DNA of 41,363 nt from Microcystaceae cyanobacterium (GCA_051439665.1 JBFRWQ010000162.1:1-41363); one strand, 5' to 3'; positions 27,292 to 36,503 are shown, counted from the first letter of the stretch. Notes: generated by a model not told the origin, from the letters alone. Translations and numbers: made by a program.

Positions 27292-28914
27292 ATGTTAGAA
27301 CAAATGATGAGAATGATGGTAGGTCAACAAATTGGCTCTTATCATCTGGATAAATTTATTGGTGTTGGTGGATTTGGAGGTGTATTTGAAGCCAGTGAAA
27401 GGGTAAGAAATGTAATTGTGAAAAAGGTAGCACTGAAAATAATTCCCGATAACAGTGATGCACAATTATTGGAATTATTAGCAGCGAGAGAGTTAGATCA
27501 TCTTAATTTAGTGCGTTCTTATAATGCAGGGGAATGTGAGATTATGAAGATAGAAATGCTCTATTTAGCGATGGAGTTAGCGCAGGAAAGTTTAGATAAA
27601 CGGATAGACAATGGAAGATTTTCTACGGATGAGGTAATGTTAATTACCCAACAAGTGGCACATGGTTTAAGCTATCTACATGGTAAAGATAAGGCGCATC
27701 GAGATTTAAAACCAGCTAATATTTTAAGGGTTGATCAGCAATGGAAGTTATCAGATTTTGGTTTAATTCGACAATTAGATAGTCAAAGTTATATTCAAAC
27801 AATGAATGTGGGGGGGACAATCGCTTATATGCCTCCTGAAGCATTTGAGGGGGAAATTTCCTCAGCATGGGATATGTGGTCATTGGGTATCATGTTGGTG
27901 GAAATAATTACAGGTAACTTGCCTTATGAGTTTAAAGATGGTAATCAATTATTAGCAAAAGTAACCAATGGTGATTTAAAGTTACCTGCTTTGCCTAAAG
28001 AATTTGAAGCGCTTATCTTAGGGTGTTTGCAACAAGAGAGAAGAAAAAGATGGACAGCGCAACAGGTGTTAAATGGGTTGCACTCAGAAGTTAAGGTTTA
28101 TCCTCAAGCGATTGTTCCTTCACCTATTCCTAAACAACAAAAGCAATTGCAAAATTTTACGGAAACGTTTGTTCCTTCACCTCCTCCTAAACAAGAAAAG
28201 CAATTGCAGAATTTTACGGAAATATTACCGAATGGGGTTAAGTTAGAAATGATTGCTATTCCAGCAGGAAGTTTTATGATGGGGAGTAATGATTATCCTC
28301 ATGCGAAACCGATACATAAAGTTACTTTAAAAGCCTTCTATATAGGTAAATATCCGATTACTCAGGCACAATATCAAGCAGTGATGGGAACTAATCCTTC
28401 TAATTTTAAAGGGCGAAATAACCCTGTAGAAAAGGTTAGTTGGAATGATGCACAGGAATTCTGTCGTAAATTATCAGACATGACACAGAAAGGGAAATGC
28501 TATCAACTTTCTAGTGAGTCACAGTGGGAATATGCTTGTCGGGCAAGAAGTGAAGGTAAATGGTGTTTTGGGGACTATAAGGGTCGATTAGAAAACTATG
28601 CTTGGTACTATGGTAATTCTAATCATACAACTCATGCAGTGGGACAAAAGAAACCTAATCATTGGGGGTTGTATGATGTATACGGCAATGTGTGGGAATG
28701 GTGCGAAGATGATTATGTGGATAACTATAGTGATACACCAAGAGATGGTACTGCGTATAATAAAAAGTCAATGAAACAACTTGTAATCCGTGGTGGTTCT
28801 TGGTACGACAATCCTGATAAGTGCTGTTCGGCGTATCGCTACCTCAATTCCCACAACCTCCGCTACGACAGTCTAGGTTTTCGTGTTGTGTGTAATGTCG
28901 GGAGGACTTCTTAG
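27292..28914 (+). CDS. Ser/Thr protein kinase fused to a formylglycine-generating-enzyme (FGE/SUMF1-like) domain
   Basis: Kinase motifs GVGGFGGVFE, VALKII, HRDLKPANIL and DFG (LSDFGL). The C-terminus has NPSNFKG, VSWNDAQEFC, GLYDVYGNVWEWC and RGGSW. Confidence 0.85.
   Translation: MLEQMMRMMVGQQIGSYHLDKFIGVGGFGGVFEASERVRNVIVKKVALKIIPDNSDAQLLELLAARELDHLNLVRSYNAGECEIMKIEMLYLAMELAQESLDKRIDNGRFSTDEVMLITQQVAHGLSYLHGKDKAHRDLKPANILRVDQQWKLSDFGLIRQLDSQSYIQTMNVGGTIAYMPPEAFEGEISSAWDMWSLGIMLVEIITGNLPYEFKDGNQLLAKVTNGDLKLPALPKEFEALILGCLQQERRKRWTAQQVLNGLHSEVKVYPQAIVPSPIPKQQKQLQNFTETFVPSPPPKQEKQLQNFTEILPNGVKLEMIAIPAGSFMMGSNDYPHAKPIHKVTLKAFYIGKYPITQAQYQAVMGTNPSNFKGRNNPVEKVSWNDAQEFCRKLSDMTQKGKCYQLSSESQWEYACRARSEGKWCFGDYKGRLENYAWYYGNSNHTTHAVGQKKPNHWGLYDVYGNVWEWCEDDYVDNYSDTPRDGTAYNKKSMKQLVIRGGSWYDNPDKCCSAYRYLNSHNLRYDSLGFRVVCNVGRTS
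28111..28224 (+). repeat. 57-bp (19-aa) in-frame tandem duplication in the kinase-FGE linker
   Basis: IVPSPIPKQQKQLQNFTET / FVPSPPPKQEKQLQNFTEI, at 28111-28167 and 28168-28224. Confidence 0.85.
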
Positions 28915-28967
28915 CTCTTTATTCCTTTCCTCTTTTCCACTCTTTGTACTGACTCGTATCCCATGCC

Positions 28968-29046
28968 AACCGCCCTGCAATAAATTGCTATTGGCTAATA
29001 AGTATCGTTATCTAAAGATAACTGAAAGATAAATCCCCTAGCTTAT
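28968..29046. repeat. 79-bp dispersed repeat, copy A (contains GCAATAAATTGC and GTTATCTAAAGATAAC palindromes)
   Basis: 74 of 79 positions are identical to copy B, which lies 282 bp downstream in direct orientation. Confidence 0.8.
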
Positions 29047-29137
29047 CCTATAGCCCTAAGCATTACGGTTATGACATTAGAGATCTCTGACACCCTTTCA
29101 TAGCTTACTTCTGCCTCCTGCCTTGTGCGTAGCGCTA

Positions 29138-29205
29138 TAGTTCAATTTATTGAACGTCCATTGTCAGCTTTGAAATTCATTTCAAGGCGGGTATTGAGGG
29201 AAGTA
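29138..29205. repeat. ~68-bp hairpin-containing repeat, copy 1 (upstream of uvrA)
   Basis: TAGTTCAATTTATTGAAC...TTGAAATTCATTTCAAGGCGGGTATTGAGGGAA. A second copy lies at 32714-32781. Confidence 0.65.
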
Positions 29206-29249
29206 CAGAATGTAAGTCTGGGATCAGGTTATTTCTGCTATCTTATCCT

Positions 29250-29328
29250 AACCACCCTGCAATAAATTGCTATTGGCTAATAGGTAACGTTATCTAAAGA
29301 TAACTGAAAGACAAATCTCCTAGCTTAT
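29250..29328. repeat. 79-bp dispersed repeat, copy B
   Basis: See copy A. Both copies are preceded or followed by CTTATCCTA. Confidence 0.8.
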
Positions 29329-29549
29329 GCTAGTTCAATCTGTTTCAGGAATAGCAATTATTAGTGAATAGAAGGTTAGATTTGCCTCGAATTTTGGTAC
29401 TCTTTAAATGGCAACAGAACCTGAAAAGTCTTGTCAAAAGAGTTTAACTTTGTAGGATATTAGTTTTTGAATAAGACGTTGAATTGTTTGTTGTTGGGCT
29501 TTAGCCTTAAACGTTATGATTATTAACAAATGTTAAGCCAAAATAAAAT

Positions 29550-32399
29550 ATGACTGATTCATCCCTCATTCGCATTAAAGGCGCACGACAACATAACCTA
29601 AAAAACATTGATCTCGACCTGACACGGGATCAATTGATTGTTTTTACAGGTGTTTCAGGGTCTGGTAAATCCTCTCTCGCCTTTGATACGATTTTCGCTG
29701 AGGGACAACGGCGATATGTAGAGTCATTAAGCGCTTATGCACGGCAATTCTTAGGTCAATTAGATAAACCAGATGTAGATGCAATTGAGGGGTTGAGTCC
29801 TGCGATTTCCATTGATCAGAAATCTACCTCCCATAATCCTCGTTCTACGGTGGGAACAGTCACAGAGATTTACGATTACTTACGTTTACTCTTTGGTCGA
29901 GCAGGAGATCCCCATTGTCCTCATTGTCAGCGTAGCATTGCCCCCCAAACCATTGATCAAATGTGCGATCGCATCATGGAATTACCAGATCGTACCCGTT
30001 TTCAGATTCTTGCGCCAGTGGTTAGGGGCAAAAAGGGAACACATAAGCAACTACTATCTAGTTTAGCCTCTCAGGGATTTGTGCGAGTTAAAATTAACGG
30101 TGAGGTACGAGAATTATCAGATAACATCGAATTAAAGAAGAACCATAAACACGATATTTTTATTATTATTGATCGCTTAATTAAAAAAGATGATCTACAA
30201 GAAAGATTAGTTGATTCTTTAGGGACTTGTTTAAAACAATCAGAGGGAATTGCTGTTATTGATTTAACCGTCAATACTGATCTAAAAGAGAAAGACTTAC
30301 CCTCAGAAATTGTCTTTTCCGAAAACTTTGCTTGTCCCGAACATGGGGCGGTAATGGAAGAATTATCCCCTCGTTTATTTTCCTTTAATTCTCCCTATGG
30401 CGCTTGTCCCCATTGTCATGGTTTAGGGAGTTTAAGAACCTTTTCCCCTGAGTTAATTATACCAGATCCAACTAAGCCTTTATATGCAGCGATCGCACCT
30501 TGGTCAGAAAAGGAAAGTTCTTATTATCTCTCTCTCTTAAACAGTCTAGCAGAAACTTTTGGCTTTGAATTATCTACGCCTTGGGAAAACTTAACGGAAG
30601 AACAAAAACACCTCTTACTCTATGGTTCAGATGAGCCAATCTGGTTTAGTGAAGATTCTAGGTATAATAAAGAGAATGGCTATTATCGTAATTTCAAGGG
30701 GATTTTACATATCTTAGATAAAAATTATAAGGACACCAGTTCTGATTTAATTAAGCAGAAATTAGAAAAATATATTGTTAATCAAACCTGCGAAGTTTGC
30801 GAGGGTAAGCGCTTAAAACCCGAAGCCTTATCCGTTACATTGGGACAGTGCAATATTACTGATTTAACAGGGGTATCGATTAGAGAAACCTTAACCAAAA
30901 TTGAACAGTTAGAATTAACCCCAAGACAAAAATTAATTGGAGAATTAGCGCTAAGAGAAATCAAAGCCAGGTTACAATTTCTCCTAGATGTGGGCTTAGA
31001 TTATCTTACCTTAAATCGGTCAGCCATGACCTTATCAGGGGGGGAAGCACAACGAATCAGGTTAGCCACGCAAATTGGTTCAGGGTTAACGGGGGTTTTA
31101 TATGTCTTAGATGAACCCAGTATCGGACTCCATCAACGGGATAATCATCGTCTTTTAACTACACTTAAAAAATTAAGAGATTTAGGTAATACTTTGATTG
31201 TGGTTGAACATGATGAAGATACCATCCGCAGTGCAGATTATATTATTGATATTGGACCCAAAGCTGGCATTCATGGAGGTGAAATTATTAGTCAAGGGGA
31301 TTTTAAAACCTTATTAAAAGCTAAAGATTCCTTGACAGGTGCTTATTTATCTGGTAAGCAAAAGATAGAAACACCAGCAGAAAGACGTAATGGCAAAGGA
31401 AAATCCTTAATCTTAAAAGGCTGTTCTCAAAATAACTTAAAACAGATTAATGTAGAAATTCCATTAGGCAAATTAGTGTGTATAACAGGGGTTTCAGGGT
31501 CAGGAAAATCCACCCTAATTAATGAAATATTGCACCCTGCACTGCAACATAACTTAAGTAAAAATGTTCCTTTCCCCAAGCATTTACAAGACATTCAGGG
31601 GTTAAATTTTATTGATAAAGTAATCGTAATTGATCAATCTCCTATTGGACGCACCCCTCGCTCTAATCCTGCCACTTATACAGGAATCTTTGATGCTATT
31701 AGAGCCATTTTTGCCGAAACCATTGAAGCAAAAGCCAGAGGATATAAAGCAGGTCGCTTTTCCTTTAATGTTAAAGGAGGACGGTGTGAAGCTTGTTCTG
31801 GTCAAGGTGTTAATGTCATTGAAATGAACTTTTTACCCGATGTTTATGTCCAGTGTGATGTATGTAAAGGGGCAAGATATAACCGTGAGACTTTGCAAGT
31901 TAAATATAAAAATTATTCCATTGCCGATGTTTTAAATATGACCGTAGAAGAAGGATTAAAAGTCTTTGAAAATATTCCTCGTGCCGTCAAGCGCTTGCAA
32001 ACCTTAGTTGATGTGGGCTTAGGGTACGTTAAATTAGGGCAACCCGCACCCACTTTATCAGGAGGAGAAGCACAACGAGTCAAATTAGCCTCAGAATTAT
32101 CACGACGTGCCACAGGAAAAACCCTTTATTTAATTGATGAACCCACCACAGGACTATCTTTTTATGACGTGCATCATCTCCTAAATGTTTTGCAAAGATT
32201 GGTAGATAAAGGGAATTCTATTGTGGTGATTGAACACAATTTAGATGTGATTCGTTCTTGTGATTGGATTATTGATTTAGGACCCGAAGGAGGAGATAGG
32301 GGAGGAGAAGTTATTGTTACAGGAACCCCTGAAACGGTTGCCAATCATCCAACCTCTTATACAGGGAAGTATTTAAAGCCTTTACTACAGCTAAAATGA
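29550..32399 (+). CDS. uvrA: Excinuclease ABC subunit A
   Basis: IRIKGARQHNLKNIDL, two Walker A sites (GVSGSGKSSL, GVSGSGKSTL), ABC signatures LSGGEAQR twice and zinc modules. 949 aa. Confidence 0.95.
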   Translation: MTDSSLIRIKGARQHNLKNIDLDLTRDQLIVFTGVSGSGKSSLAFDTIFAEGQRRYVESLSAYARQFLGQLDKPDVDAIEGLSPAISIDQKSTSHNPRSTVGTVTEIYDYLRLLFGRAGDPHCPHCQRSIAPQTIDQMCDRIMELPDRTRFQILAPVVRGKKGTHKQLLSSLASQGFVRVKINGEVRELSDNIELKKNHKHDIFIIIDRLIKKDDLQERLVDSLGTCLKQSEGIAVIDLTVNTDLKEKDLPSEIVFSENFACPEHGAVMEELSPRLFSFNSPYGACPHCHGLGSLRTFSPELIIPDPTKPLYAAIAPWSEKESSYYLSLLNSLAETFGFELSTPWENLTEEQKHLLLYGSDEPIWFSEDSRYNKENGYYRNFKGILHILDKNYKDTSSDLIKQKLEKYIVNQTCEVCEGKRLKPEALSVTLGQCNITDLTGVSIRETLTKIEQLELTPRQKLIGELALREIKARLQFLLDVGLDYLTLNRSAMTLSGGEAQRIRLATQIGSGLTGVLYVLDEPSIGLHQRDNHRLLTTLKKLRDLGNTLIVVEHDEDTIRSADYIIDIGPKAGIHGGEIISQGDFKTLLKAKDSLTGAYLSGKQKIETPAERRNGKGKSLILKGCSQNNLKQINVEIPLGKLVCITGVSGSGKSTLINEILHPALQHNLSKNVPFPKHLQDIQGLNFIDKVIVIDQSPIGRTPRSNPATYTGIFDAIRAIFAETIEAKARGYKAGRFSFNVKGGRCEACSGQGVNVIEMNFLPDVYVQCDVCKGARYNRETLQVKYKNYSIADVLNMTVEEGLKVFENIPRAVKRLQTLVDVGLGYVKLGQPAPTLSGGEAQRVKLASELSRRATGKTLYLIDEPTTGLSFYDVHHLLNVLQRLVDKGNSIVVIEHNLDVIRSCDWIIDLGPEGGDRGGEVIVTGTPETVANHPTSYTGKYLKPLLQLK

Positions 32400-32451
32400 G
32401 GCAATAGCAATTGCTGTTGTTGGGCTTTAGCCCCATAAACAAGCCTCCTTC
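32395..32451. repeat. 57-bp repeat, copy a, overlapping the uvrA stop codon (contains the GGGCTTTAGCCC hairpin)
   Basis: AATGAGGCAATAGCAATTGCTGTTGTTGGGCTTTAGCCCCATAAACAAGCCTCCTTC. 52 of 57 positions match copy b. A partial third copy lies at 29481-29512, just upstream of uvrA. Confidence 0.8.
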
Positions 32452-32461
32452 TAATGCACCC

Positions 32462-32605
32462 AATTAAATTAGTTGTGTCAATCCAGTACTGGACTGTTTT
32501 AACTAAAATAGTGCAATATATTTTCCGCTATTTCTATGATTTGATGGGCGAAGCCCATCCTACAACAATGAACCAAATTAGCTGTATCAATCCAGTAGTG
32601 GACTG
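32462..32605. repeat. Pair of ~35-bp repeats (32462-32496 and 32571-32605) around a GATGGGC-gaa-GCCCATC hairpin (32543-32559)
   Basis: AATTAAATTAGTTGTGTCAATCCAGTACTGGACTG versus AACCAAATTAGCTGTATCAATCCAGTAGTGGACTG. The first copy contains the 12-bp palindrome TCCAGTACTGGA. Confidence 0.7.
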
Positions 32606-32616
32606 AGGCCAGCTAC

Positions 32617-32673
32617 AATGAGGCAATAAGAATTGTTGTTTTTGGGCTTTAGCCCCATAAGCAAGCCTCCTTC
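32617..32673. repeat. 57-bp repeat, copy b
   Basis: AATGAGGCAATAAGAATTGTTGTTTTTGGGCTTTAGCCCCATAAGCAAGCCTCCTTC, 222 bp downstream of copy a. Confidence 0.8.
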
Positions 32674-32713
32674 ACCACAACGCCGAGAGAACCAATATTT
32701 CTATGGTAGAACT

Positions 32714-32781
32714 TAGTTCAATTTATTAAACATGACTTATTAGTCTTGAAATTAATTTCGAGGCGGGTATTCAGGGAAATG
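32714..32781. repeat. ~68-bp hairpin-containing repeat, copy 2 (downstream of uvrA)
   Basis: TAGTTCAATTTATTAAAC...TTGAAATTAATTTCGAGGCGGGTATTCAGGGAA, in the same orientation as copy 1. Confidence 0.65.
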
Positions 32782-32999
32782 CAATATCTGAATTGTACGA
32801 TTAGATTATGTAAAACACTATTTCTTACTCTGCTATATATCTTTGAATGAGCGATCGCCAAATATTCCGTATTAGTATAAAACTACACTGCCATGCCCTA
32901 ATTTCTAGTGGTTGTGATGGGTTGAAATCAAAATTTTCGCTATGATTAAGGAGAAATCCCACATTCAAATCTGTACTAATCCCCAAAAATATTGACATT

Positions 33000-33269
33000 A
33001 TGCAGGACTTATCCCCATTTATTATTTATTTTCTCCTGTTTGGCTCTTTGCTATGGGCTTTTAGAGCGTTTAGAGCCAAATCATGGTGGGTTAGGGTTGA
33101 TACCCGTTCCCCCAAATGCCGTTATTATTTTGGTCCTTTTAATAGTTCTGAGGAAGCAGAAGCACACCATAAGGAATATTTGCAGGATTTAGAGGCAGAA
33201 GGAGCAACGGGAATTGAATATGTCATTAAAAGGGGAAATCCCAAACGATTGACCATTGAATCTGAGTAA
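33000..33269 (+). CDS. DUF1816-like small protein
   Basis: WWVRVDTRSPKCRYYFGPFNSSEEAEAHHKEYLQDLEAEGA matches the cyanobacterial DUF1816 pattern as I recall it. It has an N-terminal TM segment. Confidence 0.65.
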   Translation: MQDLSPFIIYFLLFGSLLWAFRAFRAKSWWVRVDTRSPKCRYYFGPFNSSEEAEAHHKEYLQDLEAEGATGIEYVIKRGNPKRLTIESE

Positions 33270-33272
33270 TGA

Positions 33273-35150
33273 CTAAATAGCTTCTAATCGCTTTCTAGAC
33301 ACCCTAACTAATCGATAGGGTAGTTTCTCAGTAATAATTTTATACTCAGAAGGTTGTAACTTCAATTCATTGATTTGATTAGATTCACCAAGTAACAAAA
33401 TAGTCTCAGGATAGTCAGGTGTATCAGGAATATTGGTCAGAAATTGTTTGGCGGGATCATTTTCATCGCCGTAGATTGACCAAAAATAGCCAACAGTTTC
33501 ATGGGAATAAAACGTAATAGTGGGTTTTTTGAAGCCAATCATCATAATTTGTTCCTTGGGTTGCTTGACTTCTGTAATTACCTCAGCAATCTCTCTTAAC
33601 GGCAATTGACGAACTTGATCAACCATAATGTTAATCGGTTGCACGAAAAAGACAATAAAGCCGAGAAACCCAATGATATTGCTCACAATAATCCAGCGCC
33701 ATTGTCGTCGATTTAACCAGAAGAAGAGACTTAAAATAGCAGTAATTAACCAGATACTTGCACTCACTAAAGGAAGGGGTGATTGACCTAAAAGAGAGGA
33801 TAACTGATCCATTGCCGAATCTGTTCCGATTAATTTAGGTAAGGCTAAAGAACCAATACTCAGGGCAATTAAGAGTAATAAATTAAACCCGATACTGATA
33901 GAAAGAAATCGAGTTTGTTTAGGGCGATAACTTCCTGTTGCCCAACTAAATTCTTGACTCCAAGTTAGGGTCACTAGGTAAGCTGCTGCTGGAATGAGGG
34001 GTAAAGTATAACTAGGAAGTTTGGTGACAGCAACTGAAAAGAAAACAAAGATAACAGTAAACCACCAAAAGGCAAATAAGCCTAATTGACTCTGACGGGG
34101 TTGTTGCTGCCAAAAATCACGCTTCCCAAGGCGCAATCGAATCATACTGAGGGGTAAATAGATTGACCAGGGGGCAAACATTCCTAAGACAATGATAAAG
34201 TAAAAATACCAAGGAGCAGAATGTCCATTCACCACACTGGTAAACCGTTCAAAGTTATGATAGCCAAAAAAGGAATCAATATAAGCCTGACCATTTTCGA
34301 CAATTACTAAGATATACCAGGGAACAGTCACAGCTAAAAAGATTAACGTTCCCCAGACTAAACCCATTTCTTGAAACAGAACTTTTTGCCAGTTTCCTAC
34401 ATAAAATAGAAAGGCTAAAATAATCATCCCTGGCAGTACAAATCCCACCGGTCCCTTGGTTAAAACCGCTAATCCTGTTATGATATAAAAGGCTAAATAC
34501 CACCGATTAGAAATAGGCGTGAAGAGATTAAATTTATCTTCCTTTTCTTCTGAAGTATTAGATGTAGCGTACCCCCAGAAAAAGCAAAGGAGGGCTGCAC
34601 CAATACACCCACTCAGCAGCATATCAGAGACCCCTTGATGAGACCATAGTAAAGTTTGTAGATTGAAAGCCACTAAGGTTGAACCAATCCAGGCAGAAAT
34701 CCATAATTGGCGCTGTACTCTAGGGGTAGAAATTTGTTCAGGTGTAGCAGCCGCAGGGGTAGCAAAACCAAACTTTTTGAGAACAAAAAAGGAAAATACC
34801 GTTAAAGCGATCGCAGCTAAAGCAGAGGGTAATCTCACCGCCCATTCATTAACCCCTATGATCTTATAACCAATAGCCATCAGCCAATAAACCAAGGGCG
34901 GTTTATCAAAACGGGTGACTTCGTTAAAATAAGGAGTAATCCAATTTCCTGTGACAGTCATCTGACGGGCGGCCTCAGCAAAAAGAGGTTCAGTTTCATC
35001 AATTAGTCCCGTCGAACCTAAATTAAGAATAAAGGCAGCAAAGTTAACTAAAACAAGCCATGCTATGGAAAACCCCCAAGTGAAGTTAGCATTTTTCTCA
35101 AAATGATGCCATAGGGGTTGATGTGTGTGTTTTTCTTCTAAACGAGTCAT
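33273..35150 (-). CDS. Family 39 glycosyltransferase (ArnT/PMT-like polytopic membrane protein)
   Basis: DETEPLFAEAARQM...RFDKPPLVYWLMA loop motif and more than 10 predicted TM segments. The ORF-track start at 35189 is TTG, so I prefer the ATG at 35150 (MTRLEEKH). Confidence 0.8.
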   Translation of the reverse strand: MTRLEEKHTHQPLWHHFEKNANFTWGFSIAWLVLVNFAAFILNLGSTGLIDETEPLFAEAARQMTVTGNWITPYFNEVTRFDKPPLVYWLMAIGYKIIGVNEWAVRLPSALAAIALTVFSFFVLKKFGFATPAAATPEQISTPRVQRQLWISAWIGSTLVAFNLQTLLWSHQGVSDMLLSGCIGAALLCFFWGYATSNTSEEKEDKFNLFTPISNRWYLAFYIITGLAVLTKGPVGFVLPGMIILAFLFYVGNWQKVLFQEMGLVWGTLIFLAVTVPWYILVIVENGQAYIDSFFGYHNFERFTSVVNGHSAPWYFYFIIVLGMFAPWSIYLPLSMIRLRLGKRDFWQQQPRQSQLGLFAFWWFTVIFVFFSVAVTKLPSYTLPLIPAAAYLVTLTWSQEFSWATGSYRPKQTRFLSISIGFNLLLLIALSIGSLALPKLIGTDSAMDQLSSLLGQSPLPLVSASIWLITAILSLFFWLNRRQWRWIIVSNIIGFLGFIVFFVQPINIMVDQVRQLPLREIAEVITEVKQPKEQIMMIGFKKPTITFYSHETVGYFWSIYGDENDPAKQFLTNIPDTPDYPETILLLGESNQINELKLQPSEYKIITEKLPYRLVRVSRKRLEAI

Positions 35151-35251
35151 GCGATCGCTAAACTCCCCACAAAATAGGTACTGGATCAAAATTTTAACTT
35201 ACAGTACAATGTGTCGTCTGGTCTAGTCTTTGTTCCCAAGGATTAGTTTTT

Positions 35252-35314
35252 CAGTGACCAGTGACCATAAATTCATAATTCATAATTTATAATTCATAAT
35301 TTATAATTCATAAT
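35252..35314. repeat. Nine in-register heptanucleotide repeats: (CAGTGAC)x2 then CATAAAT and (TCATAAT/TTATAAT)x6
   Basis: Read directly as CAGTGAC CAGTGAC CATAAAT TCATAAT TCATAAT TTATAAT TCATAAT TTATAAT TCATAAT. The array lies in the divergent promoter region between the GT39 gene and the hydrolase gene. Confidence 0.9.
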
Positions 35315-35356
35315 TTTGCGTTATGTTAAGAAGCAGTATTTTTTATTGTTTAATCA

Positions 35357-36253
35357 ATGACCATGACTGCCCAATTACTCCCGACTCCCCAACTAGATAT
35401 CTTGACCTGGAACTGGCAAAATCACGCCATAAAATACACAGTAATGGGTGAAGGCCAGCCTTTACTGCTCATTCATGGGTTCGGCGCTTGTATTGGTCAT
35501 TGGCGCAAAAATATACCTGTTTTAGCTCAACAAGGCTATCAAGTCTTTGCGATCGACTTATTAGGGTTTGGAGGTTCAGATAAGCCACAACAGGACTATA
35601 CCCTAGAACTTTGGCAAGCTCAAATCAAAGACTTTTGGAGCGCTAAGATTGGAGAACCGACTGTATTTGTTGGTAACTCCATTGGGGGACTATTAAGCTT
35701 AATGTTAATGGCTAATTATCCCGAAATCACGGCAGGAGGTGTGGTCATTAACTGTGCAGGAGGCTTAAATCATCGCCCTGATGAGTTAAATCTTCCTTTA
35801 CGCTTAATCATGGGAGGATTTAGTCGTTTAGTTAGTTCTCCTATCACAGGAAAGTTTGTTTTTAATACTGTTCGCCAAAAATCTCGTATCCGTAATACCT
35901 TATACCAAGTTTATCGAGATAGAGAAGCAGTAACAGATGAATTGGTGGAAATGCTTTATCAGCCGTCTTGTGATACAGGCGCACAACAGGTATTTGCCTC
36001 AGTTATTACCGCACCTGCAGGAGATAAACCCTCAGACTTACTTCCTAAGATTCAATCTCCCTTGTTGGTGTTATGGGGAGAAGATGATCCCTGGACTCCC
36101 ATTAAAGGGGCAAAAATTTACCAAGAACGGGCAAAAGGTAACTTCAATACAGAATTTTATGCCATTCCTCAAGCTGGCCACTGTCCCCATGATGAGAAAC
36201 CTGAACAGGTTAACCTGTTTATTGTTAATTGGTTAGAACAGAAGTTTGCTTGA
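35357..36253 (+). CDS. Alpha/beta-fold hydrolase
   Basis: HGFG oxyanion region, nucleophile elbow GNSIGG and C-terminal GHCPHDE (catalytic His). 298 aa. Confidence 0.8.
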   Translation: MTMTAQLLPTPQLDILTWNWQNHAIKYTVMGEGQPLLLIHGFGACIGHWRKNIPVLAQQGYQVFAIDLLGFGGSDKPQQDYTLELWQAQIKDFWSAKIGEPTVFVGNSIGGLLSLMLMANYPEITAGGVVINCAGGLNHRPDELNLPLRLIMGGFSRLVSSPITGKFVFNTVRQKSRIRNTLYQVYRDREAVTDELVEMLYQPSCDTGAQQVFASVITAPAGDKPSDLLPKIQSPLLVLWGEDDPWTPIKGAKIYQERAKGNFNTEFYAIPQAGHCPHDEKPEQVNLFIVNWLEQKFA

Positions 36254-36503
36254 TGAGCGATCTATCCATCATTCTTATTTGGACTCAGGCAGTTTTAAAC
36301 TTGTATTTTAAAAGATTATGACATAAAAACAGATAAAATCTTTTTTATAACGTCTTTCAAGTTTTGCCTGAACTCCTTTTTCAATTAAGGGGATAATCTC
36401 CTGAAACTGCATAATATTACAAGTTTTAGCAGTCGTAGGGTAGGCAAACGAAAAAGATATAAAATGATGATAATTACCCGAAAAGTTTGCCCACTATCCC
36501 CCA

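Noticed and set aside
28968-29328. Possible CRISPR array, considered because of the repeated 79-bp units.
   Set aside because: There are only two copies. The units are far longer than CRISPR repeats, the spacing is 282 bp, and no cas genes are present.
32992-33192. 66-aa ORF overlapping the DUF1816-like gene.
   Set aside because: It is an alternative frame of the same DNA. The 33000-33269 frame carries the recognisable WWV...YYFGPF motif.
35151-35189. ORF-track N-terminal extension of the GT39 gene (MIQYLFCGEFSDR). A similar case is 39658-39699 for the small acidic protein.
   Set aside because: Both extensions start at TTG, not ATG. In-frame ATGs lie just downstream and give more typical N-termini.
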